Source: Moniliella sp. 'wahieum'
Taxonomy: Eukaryota
DNA: 30,621 nucleotides
Reading direction: 5' to 3'
Assembly: GCA_003971905.1 (NCBI GenBank)
Contig: RSEE01000091.1
Coordinates: 248,001-278,621 of the forward strand
Part shown: positions 20,475-30,621 of the stretch, piece after piece
Layout of the letters: every line of letters begins with the position of its first letter
How positions within the stretch are numbered: the first letter of the stretch is position 1
Position numbers and translations under genes: made by a program
The notes under the pieces: model-generated
The model's input: only the letters and a program-made list of their open reading frames with translations
Database searches by the model: none
What the model was told of the DNA's origin: nothing

Positions 20475-23400
20475 ATGGCAAAGAAGAAGAAGCCTACCCT
20501 CAAGGCGCCTCCTGGCATCAACCGTGGGTTTGCGACCACGTCGGTTCCCAAGAAGGCAGCTGCACAACCCCCGTCCACCGCGGCTCCAGCTCCATCTGCC
20601 CGCCCTCAAGGCAAGGACACTGCCGCGCCCGCCTCAAGTGACAAGGAAAAGGACAAGGACGCACCCTCTTGCCAGACGTTGTATGGTTTCGATGAAGACG
20701 ATACTGAGCAGCAGCTTCTGCAAGACTTGGTGAACCAGTACTGGGACAAAGCCGATAAGGAAATTGCCAAATGTGGAAGGTGCGTTGGTCTTCCGTGGTG
20801 ATGTTCTCTTCTCCCAACTGACCGAATTTGAACCCGCCGTACAGACGCTGGCGTTTGACCGTCTTCAGGCTGATTCGCTCTTGTCCTTTGACCTCGAGCC
20901 CGAACTACAGGAGGGCTGCTGGACCTTGTGTCATACTCATATCGTGTGCCAGAGGCGGAGGATAAGGACAAGCCTGCTGAGGAGGAAAAGGACACATCTG
21001 CTAATGGACCAATGACAAGCCCAAGCAAGGCGACACTCCGCTTTCAGCCCAAGCTGCCGAGTTCATTCCTGGTGCTGTCGTATCCACCGAGACTGTGGCA
21101 GCTGCTGCAGAGCCGGAGACTGCAACTGTGCCTCCTCACCCCCGGCACCCGAGTGGGAGACGCTTCCGCCTCCGCCGCTGAAGGATGCGACCCAGCCGCT
21201 GGACAAGGCTTTGCCCGTGCGCTCGTCACGCGTGGCCTCTTGCTCAAGCTTGGCTACTCAAGAGCAGACCGAAATGGCACTGCGCAACGCACCTCGGTTT
21301 GAGTTGGAGGACTGCTTGACCTATCTCGCCCTTCGTCTGTCCGAAGAGGAGCTGGAAGCAGCGACCAAGGCAATGGAAAGCGCCAGTCCAGGGGCTGGGA
21401 CTGGGGAAGACGATGAGGCAGTGTTGGATCGCAGTATCCCCCCCTCCCATCCGGCGTATATTCCAGCGCACGATCACCAAGGCCAGTGAAGCGAAGTTTG
21501 TGCCTTCGCCTGCCCCCGCAGTTGAGGGCGAGGGAGCACAAGAGCAGGAAGGGAAAAAGAAACGGACGATTCAGCCTCCTTCGGACGAGACCATCATCCT
21601 TCCGATGTTCCGGGTGAGGGAGCTGCTCAAGCATGCGCTTTCTCTTGCAAATGAAGCTCAAGCCCACCTCACCGATGAGGAGGGGAGTTGGATGTAATCA
21701 CTGCCGCGCAATCAAGGCTTGGGTGGCAACCAAGATCTGGACCAATAAAGTGGAGGAGGTGTATGCCCAGATGAAGCGCGCGCTCGGCCAAGCCCACTTG
21801 CTCAACCCGCAAGGAGTTGGATTCGAACGGCCAAGGTTGTTCGGCAAGTCCATGGCAGTCTGTATGCGCGAATCGCCGAGGCAGAGAAGGTACCTCGCTT
21901 CAACACTACGGCGGCCGAGAGTGTCTTGACTGCCGCACTGGGGAAGCAGCGTGCCAATGACCGCCCTCGTGCTGGGAAGGAGAATTGGGAACAAATCATC
22001 GCACTTGCCGAGCAAGAGGCGGCGGAGAAGAAGAAAGAGGCAGAGGAAGCGGCAACGGCTAAGTCGGTTGCTGAGGATGCTACGCAACCCCCCGCTTCTG
22101 AGGGGAGGCGTCTTCCTCATCCCAGGAGGGGGGAACAACAAGTCTAGCCCCGATACAGTTGCACCCGCCTCCAAGCCGGAGGAGGATGAGGAGGGACTGG
22201 GAAGAATGTTCCAAGATCCCGGGGAAGCAAGCAAGGACAGCGAGCCCCAAGCAACAGTGACAGTACGCAAGTGCCCCCCAAACCAAGAATGGAGGAACAC
22301 ACCCCAGAGTCTACTGCTACAGACCTTGCGCCGACTCGATCCCACGGCAACGGCCAAGTACGAGACACTGAATGGACCAGGCCGCTTCTTCCGCAGTAAG
22401 TTGACGGTGCAGTGGACGGGTCCTCATGTGGCATCGGCTCAAGCGGCCCTTCCCATCTCTCAACGGCGTGCTCCCGACATGGTTTTCATCGACACGTTTG
22501 CCATGACAGGCGAGTGTGCCGAGTCCAAGGAGCAAGCCCATGACTTGACCGCTACTCTGGCTCTCAACTGCATTGAACAAGACCGTCCAGTTCAGCGGAT
22601 GCTCAGCGCAGGCTACCGTGAGTGGTGGGATCAGATTGAGAACTGCCGTTCGCGGGAGCGGAGCACGGCGGCGCGCCAGACCTTGGCGCGGGTCAAAGAC
22701 TTGGTTGAACCGCGGTTGGTTGAGGCGCCTGCCTCTCCTCCATCTACTGCAACCCCCGTCAAAGCCAATCCCGCGGCGGATGAGGGACAAACCACGCTTT
22801 CTCTCCAATCCAAACGCCCGAGCGAACGTACGACGGCACGTCTGCGCGAAGCGCTCGAGACGCGCCAAGCCTCCCCTGCGTACGAGGCGATGCGGCCGGG
22901 CCGGGAGCAGTTGCCAATTTATGCTTATCGCGATCACATTCTCGACATTCTCGACCACAACCAAGTGTTTGTCTTATCAGGCGAGACGGGTTGCGGTAAG
23001 TCGACGCAAGTGCCTGCGTACATTCTCGAGCATTGCTTGAGCCGCTCCCAGCCGTGTAAGATTTACTGTACCGAGCCGCGTCGGATTTCGGCCATCTCGT
23101 TGGCCGAACGTGTTCGGCCGAGTTGGGCGAAGCCAAGCATGCAGTGGGTACCGCAGAGAGTCTGGTCGGATATGCGATCCGCCTGGAGAGCAGTCGGCGG
23201 GATGCACGTTGATCTACGCCACCAACGGTATTGTTCTTCGGATGCTTGAAGGTGACGGCTTCAAGGACATTACCCACATCATTATCGATGAGGTTCATGA
23301 GCGTTCGATCGAGTCGGATTTCCTCTTGATCATCCTCAAGAGCCTGATGGCGGCCAAGCCCGAGCTCAAGGTTGTGCTCATGTCCGCTACTTTGGATGCG

Positions 23401-25500
23401 GAGCGGATTAGCGCCTACTTTGGTGGCTGTCCTACCCTCTCGGTTCCCGGACGTACATTCCCCGTGCAAGTGGAGCACCTCGAGGACGCGGTGGAACTGT
23501 GCAAATATGTGGTAGAGCCCAACTCGCAGTACGAGCGGAGGGATGTGAACAAGAACGGAATGTCTGCCGCTCAGAAGAAGAGCAACCTGGCCAAGCTGAA
23601 GCGCAGCAAGGACCTTGATGAAGACGTGGACGATGGAGAAGGAGATGGGGAAGAAGAGGAAGATGCAGCGGCACTGGCCTCTAGCTCAGGTTCGGAGAAG
23701 GCCGCGTCTACTCGCCCAAGACGATTGAGATGATTGATCGGATGAACCAGAATGTGGTCAATCACGAGTGATCGTCAAGCTTCTGGAGCAGATCTGCTTT
23801 GATACGCCCGAGTACCAGCGGTTCAGCAAGGCCATCTCGTTTTTATGCCGGGGTTGGCCGACATTCGTGCCCTGCACGACGTGTTGATTGGGCACCCGCG
23901 CTTTGACCGCGGCTTCCGCATTTACCGCTCCATTCGTCGCTAAGTAGCGACAGCCAGCAACAGGTGTTTGAAGTTCCACCCGAAGGGACGCGCAAGATCG
24001 TCATCTCGACCAACATTGCTGAAACGGGTGTGACGATCCCGGACGTGACGTGCGTTATTGACTCGGGGCGGCATCGGGAGATGCGGTTTGATGAGAAGCG
24101 CCAGATTTCGCGGTTGGTCGACTGCTTCATTGCCAAGTCCAACGCCAAGCAGCGCCGTGGCCGTGCGGGACGTGTGCAGGAGGGATTGTGCTTCCACCTA
24201 TTTACCAAATTCCGGTATGAGCACCACATGGAGGAACATCCACTTCCTGAGATGCTGCGCTTGTCGCTTCAAGATCTGGCACTCAAACTCAAGGTCATGA
24301 AAATCAAGATTGGCACGTCGATTGAGAATGCCTTGTCGCAAGCACTTGATCCCCCAACGGCTGTCAATGTGCAGCGGGCTGTTGCCGCGCTGGTCGAGGT
24401 CAAGGCGCTCACGACAACTGAGGAGATCACTCCGCTCGGCCGGCACCTGAGCAAGCTTCCGCTCGATGTGCACATGGGCAAGTTCCTCCTTGTCGCCACA
24501 TCGATGCGATGCCTAGATGCAGCCCTGACCATCACAGCGGCTCAACGCCAAGTCGCCCTTTGTGGCACCGCTAGGGAAGGAGAATCGTGCGGATGCGGCC
24601 AAGCAGGGCTTCAAAATTGCCGACTCGGACCTACTGACGGTGGCGAATGCGTTCAACAGTTGGAAACGTGCGGTGGGGAACCACGTGGGTCGGCAATTCT
24701 GCCAAAAGAATTTCCTTTCGCCCCAAACGCTTGGCGAGATGGAAGCTACGGCAACAGTACTTGCTGTACCTGATCGACGGGATTCGTCTCGGTCCCGGGA
24801 GGCGCACGGAAAGAGCTGGCGCGGGTGCGGGTGCGCGGGTGGGGTCGGCCGCGGTTTACGGCGGTGCCACCGGCATACAACGAGTATGGCTCCAGCGCCA
24901 GTATCATCCATGCGGCCGCGGCGGCAGGGCTGTACCCCAAGGTGGTGGCGCTCGAGAAGAGCACGAATGCGATGCGCACGATTGGCAGCCAGCAACTCGC
25001 AATCCACCCGGGCAGCGTGAATGCACGCCGGCGGCTGGGGGACGAGTTGCCGTCGAGCGTGCATCACTTGCTGTACTTTACGCGCTGCTGCGCAGCCGGC
25101 GGTTGTATGCGTGCGAGACGGCGCCGCTGGACGACCGGGCACTGTTGTTGATGTGTGGGGAGGGGGAGCCACGGCTGGGGGCGCTGACGCTGGTGCTGGA
25201 CAAGAAGGTGCGGGTGCGGTTGGGCAGCCTGCGGTCGCTGGTGCTGCTCCTGGCGCTGCGCGAGCAGCTGGGGCGCTGCTGCGCAACTCGTTCCGCAACC
25301 CAGGCCAGGCCTGGAGTCCCCGCCAAGAATGGTTCTTTGCCGCTGCCATCCGCCTGCTCGGCATGGGCACCCCGGCGACGCTCAGTTGCGTCCGGCGTGA
25401 GTGCTGTTCGTGGGAGCGGCGTGACGAACATACAGGCAGAGTGGCCGCACCTTCACGCCCTCCACTTCTCCTCCCACCCCCGCTTCCAACCTCGTCATGA
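20475..25500 (+). CDS. DEAH/RHA-family RNA helicase, DHX29/DHX57-like; heavily frameshifted, 3' end approximate
   Basis: N-terminal MAKKKK...RGFATTSVPKK, then LPIYAYR, SGETGCGKSTQVP, TEPRRISAISLAERV, IIDEVHERS, LMSAT, PGRTFPV, STNIAETGVTIPDV and QRRGRAGRV. HA2 region LTPLGRHL-like and OB-fold IHPGSVN follow. Intron at 20780-20844. Confidence 0.9.
20780..20844 (+). other. Intron in helicase gene (65 nt)
   Basis: GTGCGT donor, ACTGAC branch point, CAG acceptor. Confidence 0.7.
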
Positions 25501-25710
25501 GGTCATGCCTCATGTCAAATGCATTCTATCGCTTGCCAGTCTATGCATACAACAAGGTCCTTTTCGTGGCCAGTTCCCTCATTCAGTTTACACTCACGGA
25601 GATGTAAGGCACATGTAGTACATTCACACACGATATATACATTTCCTTGCTTTTTTGTAGACAGACTTGCTGATCAACGCGACGTCGCCAGAGACTGGGG
25701 CTTCTGGTCT

Positions 25711-27561
25711 TCAAAATGTGATCTGGACCGATCCCAAGTTAGAGTGCAAGTGCGTCTCGGACGGCACCTTCTCGGTGTCACAGCGGGATGGCAACGAAGT
25801 AGCATCAAGCTGAGGGGCCTCCGCTTCAAACTGGGCATCATCATGAGAAACGGCAAAGACGCAGCCTTCGTACTGCTCGCCCAACGTGGACTTCTGATGG
25901 TTCCAAGCCCAATCGCGCGACGCGTTCGCTTTCTCCCAGGCAACATGTACACTGCCAGTGTCCGAGGCGGCATCAACGGTACCGGCAAACGAGGAAGGGT
26001 ACACTGCAGAAACCGATCCCGTTTCGCTCTCCAAATTGGAAATGACGCGCTCAGCAGGACTCGTCTTCACATCGTCCTCCGCCTCTTCATATTCGTCCGT
26101 AAAGACGGCCTTGACCGATCCGAGTTTCGAGGTAAGAGAAACTGTAGCCTCTTCCTTCTTGCTCTTTGGGAACAGGACGGGGGTGAGACCGCGCAGAGAC
26201 AGAGCCTGCTACTGTGAAGCTGAAGGTGCTGGACCACAGCGGCCTTGGTGACCTGTACTTTCCCACATCCGAATTCAGGCTCACCTTCGGAGCATGAACC
26301 TTGTCCACCGTCACCGACCCCGATTGGAAGGACTGGGCTGAGACCGAGATACGAGCATGAACTTCACCAAACCAATGAGCCCACTCGCGACTGTGCACGC
26401 AGCTTGTCTGTCCAGACGGGACCGGTAACGCGGCATGCCCCCGTGCCGGCATCAAGAGAAGATCGGCCACTTGCACCAAGCCCTTCACAGTGATCGAGCC
26501 AACGTTGGACTTGAGTTGGGCGCGAGGGGCTGCACACTTTCCACCGTCACACTGCCGCTTTGTGACTGGAACAGGGCATAGGCCGTCGCGTTCACCTGGC
26601 CAAACGTGATCGAGCCTACATCCGACTTGGCCACTAGAGTTTTGGTCTTGACTGCTCCGGGTACCTGGATCGAGCCAGTGCTAGACCAGAGCTGCAGGAG
26701 CGTCGTGGTGGGAACAACCTATAGAAACAAAAGTATACCATATAAGGTCAGTGGGTTGAGTTCCTACGCTTATACCGCATCCGACAGGTTGAACATACCC
26801 CCAACAATTTGATGCTGCCCGCGTTGACATTGACGTCCATCGCGCCCACATCCAATGCCGCATCTTCCGCAGTGAAGCTGGCCGCATCACCACGAACGTC
26901 AATTCGCTTGAATACGCCTCGCTCCGAGCCGCTGGCATGGGGCAAATGGGCGGTGAGTTCGACGTGGATGTTGTGATGGAACGAGTGGAAAGGGTGATGG
27001 TTGGAATAGACACCGACACCATGGGTACCTTTGGACGATTGAGGGCAACGATGGTCAACTCATTCTCCAGCACCCACGCCTCGTCTGCCCACGCCTCGAC
27101 GTGTACCGCGACCGATCCGTTGCTTCCCTCGCCGAGAAGGCGCAAGAGGTGAAATGGCGTGCACCAAAGCTGTGGAAAAAGAGCTTCCGGCGCGTCAAAC
27201 GTCAAGTCGGCCGTACGCACATAACGGCGGTTCACTCCGTCTCCTAAACGGCCTTGTCGCGGCCGACGCACGTCGTTCCACTGCGCGGTGGCAAGGATGG
27301 CGCCCTCGTCGGTCGGCACTGCAGGCGGCTTGCTCCGGGGAACATCGTGCCCGCTGTGCGAGCCACCAACCAGTGGCCGGACCAGGCGAGATAGAATGTA
27401 ACCAGCATGGTCAGGCCCACAGCGTAGCCCAGGATCCGACCCAACGAGCGCCGCTTGGCATAGGCCCGCGAACTTGGCCCCATCCAGCGCGGCAAGGGGC
27501 GGGCGGAGGCCGCGGGCACGGGCTGAGGAAGCAGACTGGTTCGCTCTGTGCTCATTGGCAT
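25711..27561 (-). CDS. Single-pass membrane protein with repeated (S/T)xxGS(V/I) beta-strand units, DUF4097/'putative adhesin'-like; frameshifted
   Basis: MPMSTERTSLLP, a hydrophobic segment ILGYAVGLTMLVTFYLAW, then repeats such as VNAGSIK, SQSGSVTV, SETGSVSA, SDTGSVHV and SNLGSVQITF*. TATATA at ~27620 favours ATG 27561 over 27660. Probable intron at ~26719-26767. Confidence 0.6.
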
Positions 27562-28079
27562 GCTTCCAGCGTTTAGGCGCGATGGGCAAGCGGGTGGATG
27601 TGGTGAACGGGATACCGCGTATATATAACCACGAGCGTGGCGCTCCAACCCAAAAGACATGGCGAATTATCGACTGCGACGCAACCCTCGCAGCTGCGGG
27701 CCGCCCTATTGCCGCGCTCGGGCCCAGGGCAGTGTGGGGCGCACGGGCCGGCATCTGGTGATTTTTCTGCGTTCGAGAGGCCTCTCGCGAACATGGCTGC
27801 TCTCACACGGCAGCAATGACAAGCAATGCTTGCTGTTCAGCCGAGGCAGTGGGCCCACCATTGCGACTGGGATTCGTTCCATTTCCTCCGCCCCGGAGCT
27901 CGTGCCGGAGAGTCCAGCGACGGCGGGACGCGGACACCACGGAACGCCCTCCGACGGGGAGGCTCCTTGCACGTGAAGTTACGTAATCGCCCCCCTCCGC
28001 TCGCTTGCAACCCCTGCTAGTTGGTCGTGTTGATGCAGGTGCCCAGTCCAACCCAACGCCACCAGCAGCGGGAGGGAGG

Positions 28080-28364
28080 ATGAAGGTGGACGTGACGGCG
28101 TGGCGCCCGGTGGGGTACTGGGTATGGGACGTGAAGGATCCGGACGAAGTGTGCGGCATCTGCCAGAACAACTTTGATGGCACCTGCGCCACCTGTCGCG
28201 TCCCGGGTGCCGACTGCCCCGTGTCGGTCGGGATGTGTTCGCACGTGTTCCACACCCACTGCATCGAAACTTGGCTTGACTCCAATGAGTTCTGTCCCAT
28301 GTGCAAACGGTCGTGGCGTACGTCAGGTGCCGTCCCCTCCTCTCCTTCTCTTCTCCCCTTATAG
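28080..28364 (+). CDS. APC11: Anaphase-promoting complex subunit 11 (RING-H2); C-terminus depends on a possible intron 28318-28405
   Basis: MKVDVTAWRPVGYWVWD...CGICQNNFDGTCATCRVPGADCP...CSHVFHTHCIETWL...CPMCKRSW matches the Apc11 pattern (WxWD, CGIC, PGxDCP) rather than Rbx1. Confidence 0.9.
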   Translation: MKVDVTAWRPVGYWVWDVKDPDEVCGICQNNFDGTCATCRVPGADCPVSVGMCSHVFHTHCIETWLDSNEFCPMCKRSWRTSGAVPSSPSLLPL

Positions 28365-28581
28365 TATGTACCACGGCGAGATTAACGGTAACTTGTCTCT
28401 GACAGATGATGATCCCGCTGCCACCCCCGGAGGGCAAAGATGCAACAGTAGTCAGATCGACGGGTGGCCTGGAGGTCTTGTGTCGACCTTCTACTTCCTG
28501 TATCCAGAATCCTGCCTCAACCCACTGAGCGTACAACTTTCTGGTTATCGATTGTTCCTGTCGCTTTCGTGATACTGCACA

Positions 28582-29749
28582 TTACTCGATCCGTGCGATC
28601 GGCTCGCACAACTGCTTAGAGCGGGCCACCGCGTCGTCTTCCCTGTAACACAGTACATGGGGATTAGTACCGTTCGCTCGGGGCAGTGAACAGCGGGGAA
28701 GGAGGGGAGGGGGGAGGGGGGGGACATACTTGGTTTTCATGACGGCCAAGACGTCGGCGTAGAGGACTGCCTTGTTGATCCCATAGGCCACCCTTAGCCG
28801 CCAGGGGACGGAGCTGGTTGGCGAGGTGGAGAAGCGGTGGAGGACTAGGAGGGCCAAGTGGGGAATGTGGTCTTCGGGGACCGAGTCTCCCTTGGCCGGG
28901 GCGAGGTAATCGACCAACCCATCCTGTTCCGCTTCGGGTCCAGTAAATCGATGTCCCTCCAACACAACTTTGCGTTGGACCTGGCCATCCGTCAGCTTGG
29001 CCTTGGTCATGGCCGCCATGGCAGCTGGGATGCGAGCTCCAAACAAAATTTCATTCATGCAGAGGAACCCGCGATGCGCGTTCATCACCCGGTAATCGTG
29101 CGCCAACACCAAAGCCAACGCACCAGCAAACGCATGCCCCCCACCGAGGCAATGGTGGGGATGGGAAACGTATGAGGCGGTGCAACGTTGCAACAAACGG
29201 ATGGTCAAAAAGCCAGGCGTACGCAAGGCTAGGTCCAGATCGAGCCCATTGGAGAAAAATTTGCTCCCGGCTTGTACTTGGCCCGTGGTGATCATAGCCC
29301 CTCCCTTTTCCTTGTTGCTGGGGATGGAGGCAAAGCGGTGCCAAGCCTGCTCAATGTGGTCCAGCGCTTCGAGGTAGGCATGGAGAAAGTATGGGGTAAG
29401 ACGATTGTCAGGAGTTTGCGCCCCGGTAAACGTTACCACCCACACTCCTTCCTCGGCTTCCGTCACAGTCAATACCGATGGCTCGGACGTGCCCGGCTCC
29501 GTACCCCACCAGGGAAGTAGAGTGGAGCACCGATGGGGGTAAGGCTTATTTCCTGTCGTCAACAGGAGTGGTGTGCAATGTCCGAACCATCTGTGAGGGC
29601 ACGTTGTTTCGGCGCCGCAGCCATGGTGCTGGTGCGCAGAGCATAGGCACCGCTTGGGGCATCCCGGACCAGAAACGGACGCCCAAACGTGAGTTGTTCA
29701 GACGGATGCCAGTGCGCGACAGCAGAAAAAGAGTAGGACGGATCGCCAT
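28582..29749 (-). CDS. Crotonase-fold enzyme, probable Delta3,Delta2-enoyl-CoA isomerase; frameshifted
   Basis: PDNRLT, KFFSNGLDL, GHAFAGA, HDYRVMNAHRGFLCMNEI.FG, LEGHRFTG.EA...GLVD. The upstream ORF 29546-29749 reads like a mitochondrial presequence joined by a frameshift. Probable intron at 28643-28729. Confidence 0.82.
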
Positions 29750-30446
29750 CTGTGGTCAGTACGGTGAATGGGGTGGGGTGGAAGAAAGTGGGAGGTTAGT
29801 GTGGGGGTTAAAATCGATGAGCGATTGGTGTGGGGTTCTCCTTCACCGGGCACCGGCACCGGTGAGGCCGGGACGCGGGGACAAAGAGAGCCGGTCTGGA
29901 TTGAATATGTAGCAAAATGAAACTTTAAAGCCGATGCTGTTATTAAGAGGCTCGAGCGCGCAGCTCTGAAACCGTGTGTCACACAGGGAACGCATGGTTC
30001 GCTTTTGAGGACAGCATGCTGTCTCTCTCACCAATATATGTCACCCAGATGGAGCTGCCTAGTACGTCTGGTCTTCGCTATCACGAGCAAACATCGCATA
30101 GAACAGGGAGCTTGGTGCATATCAATCAGGGACTTCAACCTGTCCTAAAGAGAGACGAATGAAACTGGAGGAGCAGCAGCTGAGCACAGAAGGGCCAGAG
30201 AGGGAAGGGAAGGATCGGGGGGACAATGTACACAGTTAGAAAAGGATCGTAAGAAGCCTGATGCAGCCTCGTTGGAGCCAAAGGGAGGGTGCGGTCAGGT
30301 CGACCATGGATGCACAGTACCGGAGCAAGTTTTGTGGTATACTGAAGATGATAGCGGAGGGACAACAGGAAAGACCGGTTAAAATGTGTATGTAGGTGCG
30401 AGACATCCGGCCCACCCCCCCACATACGCGGTGTCGGCTTGCAGAG

Positions 30447-30621
30447 TTAGGCATCAACTTTCTTCTCATCAACTGCTGATCCAGCTTCTCGTCGCTGGGC
30501 CGGTCGCTGGGCGGGAGGGCACCAACAGCCGGCGCCATAAACTGATCGCCCACGTGCTCAATCTCATCTTCGCCTCGATTCGCTGGGTGCCCAAGGGTCT
30601 TGTGCCACCACCGCATCCTCT
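30447..30621 (-). CDS. Probable 3' end of an unidentified gene starting beyond the window
   Basis: Open, coding-like stretch (RMRWWHKTLGHPANRGEDEIEHVGDQF...DEKLDQQ, possibly ending DEKKVDA* at 30447 after an indel), followed by pyrimidine-rich UTR-like sequence. No family recognised. Confidence 0.35.

Noticed and set aside
28582..28596. C-terminal ARI-E* of the isomerase as a cryptic PTS1
   Set aside because: As written, the tripeptide is not terminal, and no splice or readthrough route to a PTS1 could be shown.
10760..29749. PPTase, SDR and crotonase-fold enzyme as a secondary-metabolite or lipid gene cluster
   Set aside because: No PKS, NRPS or FAS backbone gene is present, and the genes are interspersed with unrelated housekeeping genes.

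Overview
Gene-dense, GC-rich eukaryotic DNA with short GT-AG introns and CT(A/G)AC-type branch points. It is most consistent with a basidiomycete fungus, probably Ustilaginomycotina-like (inference). About 14 housekeeping-type genes are recognisable: a MoaA/MOCS1-type radical-SAM protein (partial), P-type H+-ATPase, PhoD-like phosphatase, AcpS-type phosphopantetheinyl transferase, Nop13-like two-RRM protein, RPL14, ADE1, an SDR, mitoribosomal DAP3/Rsm23, a DHX29/DHX57-like DEAH helicase, a DUF4097-like membrane protein, APC11, a crotonase-fold isomerase and the 3' end of an unknown gene. Almost all are broken by 1-2 nt indels, most likely uncorrected sequencing or assembly errors, so several boundaries are approximate. 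No mobile element, tRNA, rRNA or CRISPR array was seen. The main unexplained signals are: (i) a hairpin-rich segment without a recognisable ORF at ~7.05-7.91 kb, downstream of a TATA box and followed by an orphan intron-like element (candidate structured ncRNA); (ii) a recurrent telomere-like TTAGGCC motif and a CTAGTT motif in intergenic regions; (iii) a Cbf1-like plus telobox arrangement in the RPL14/NOP13 divergent promoter. None of these is proven from sequence alone.
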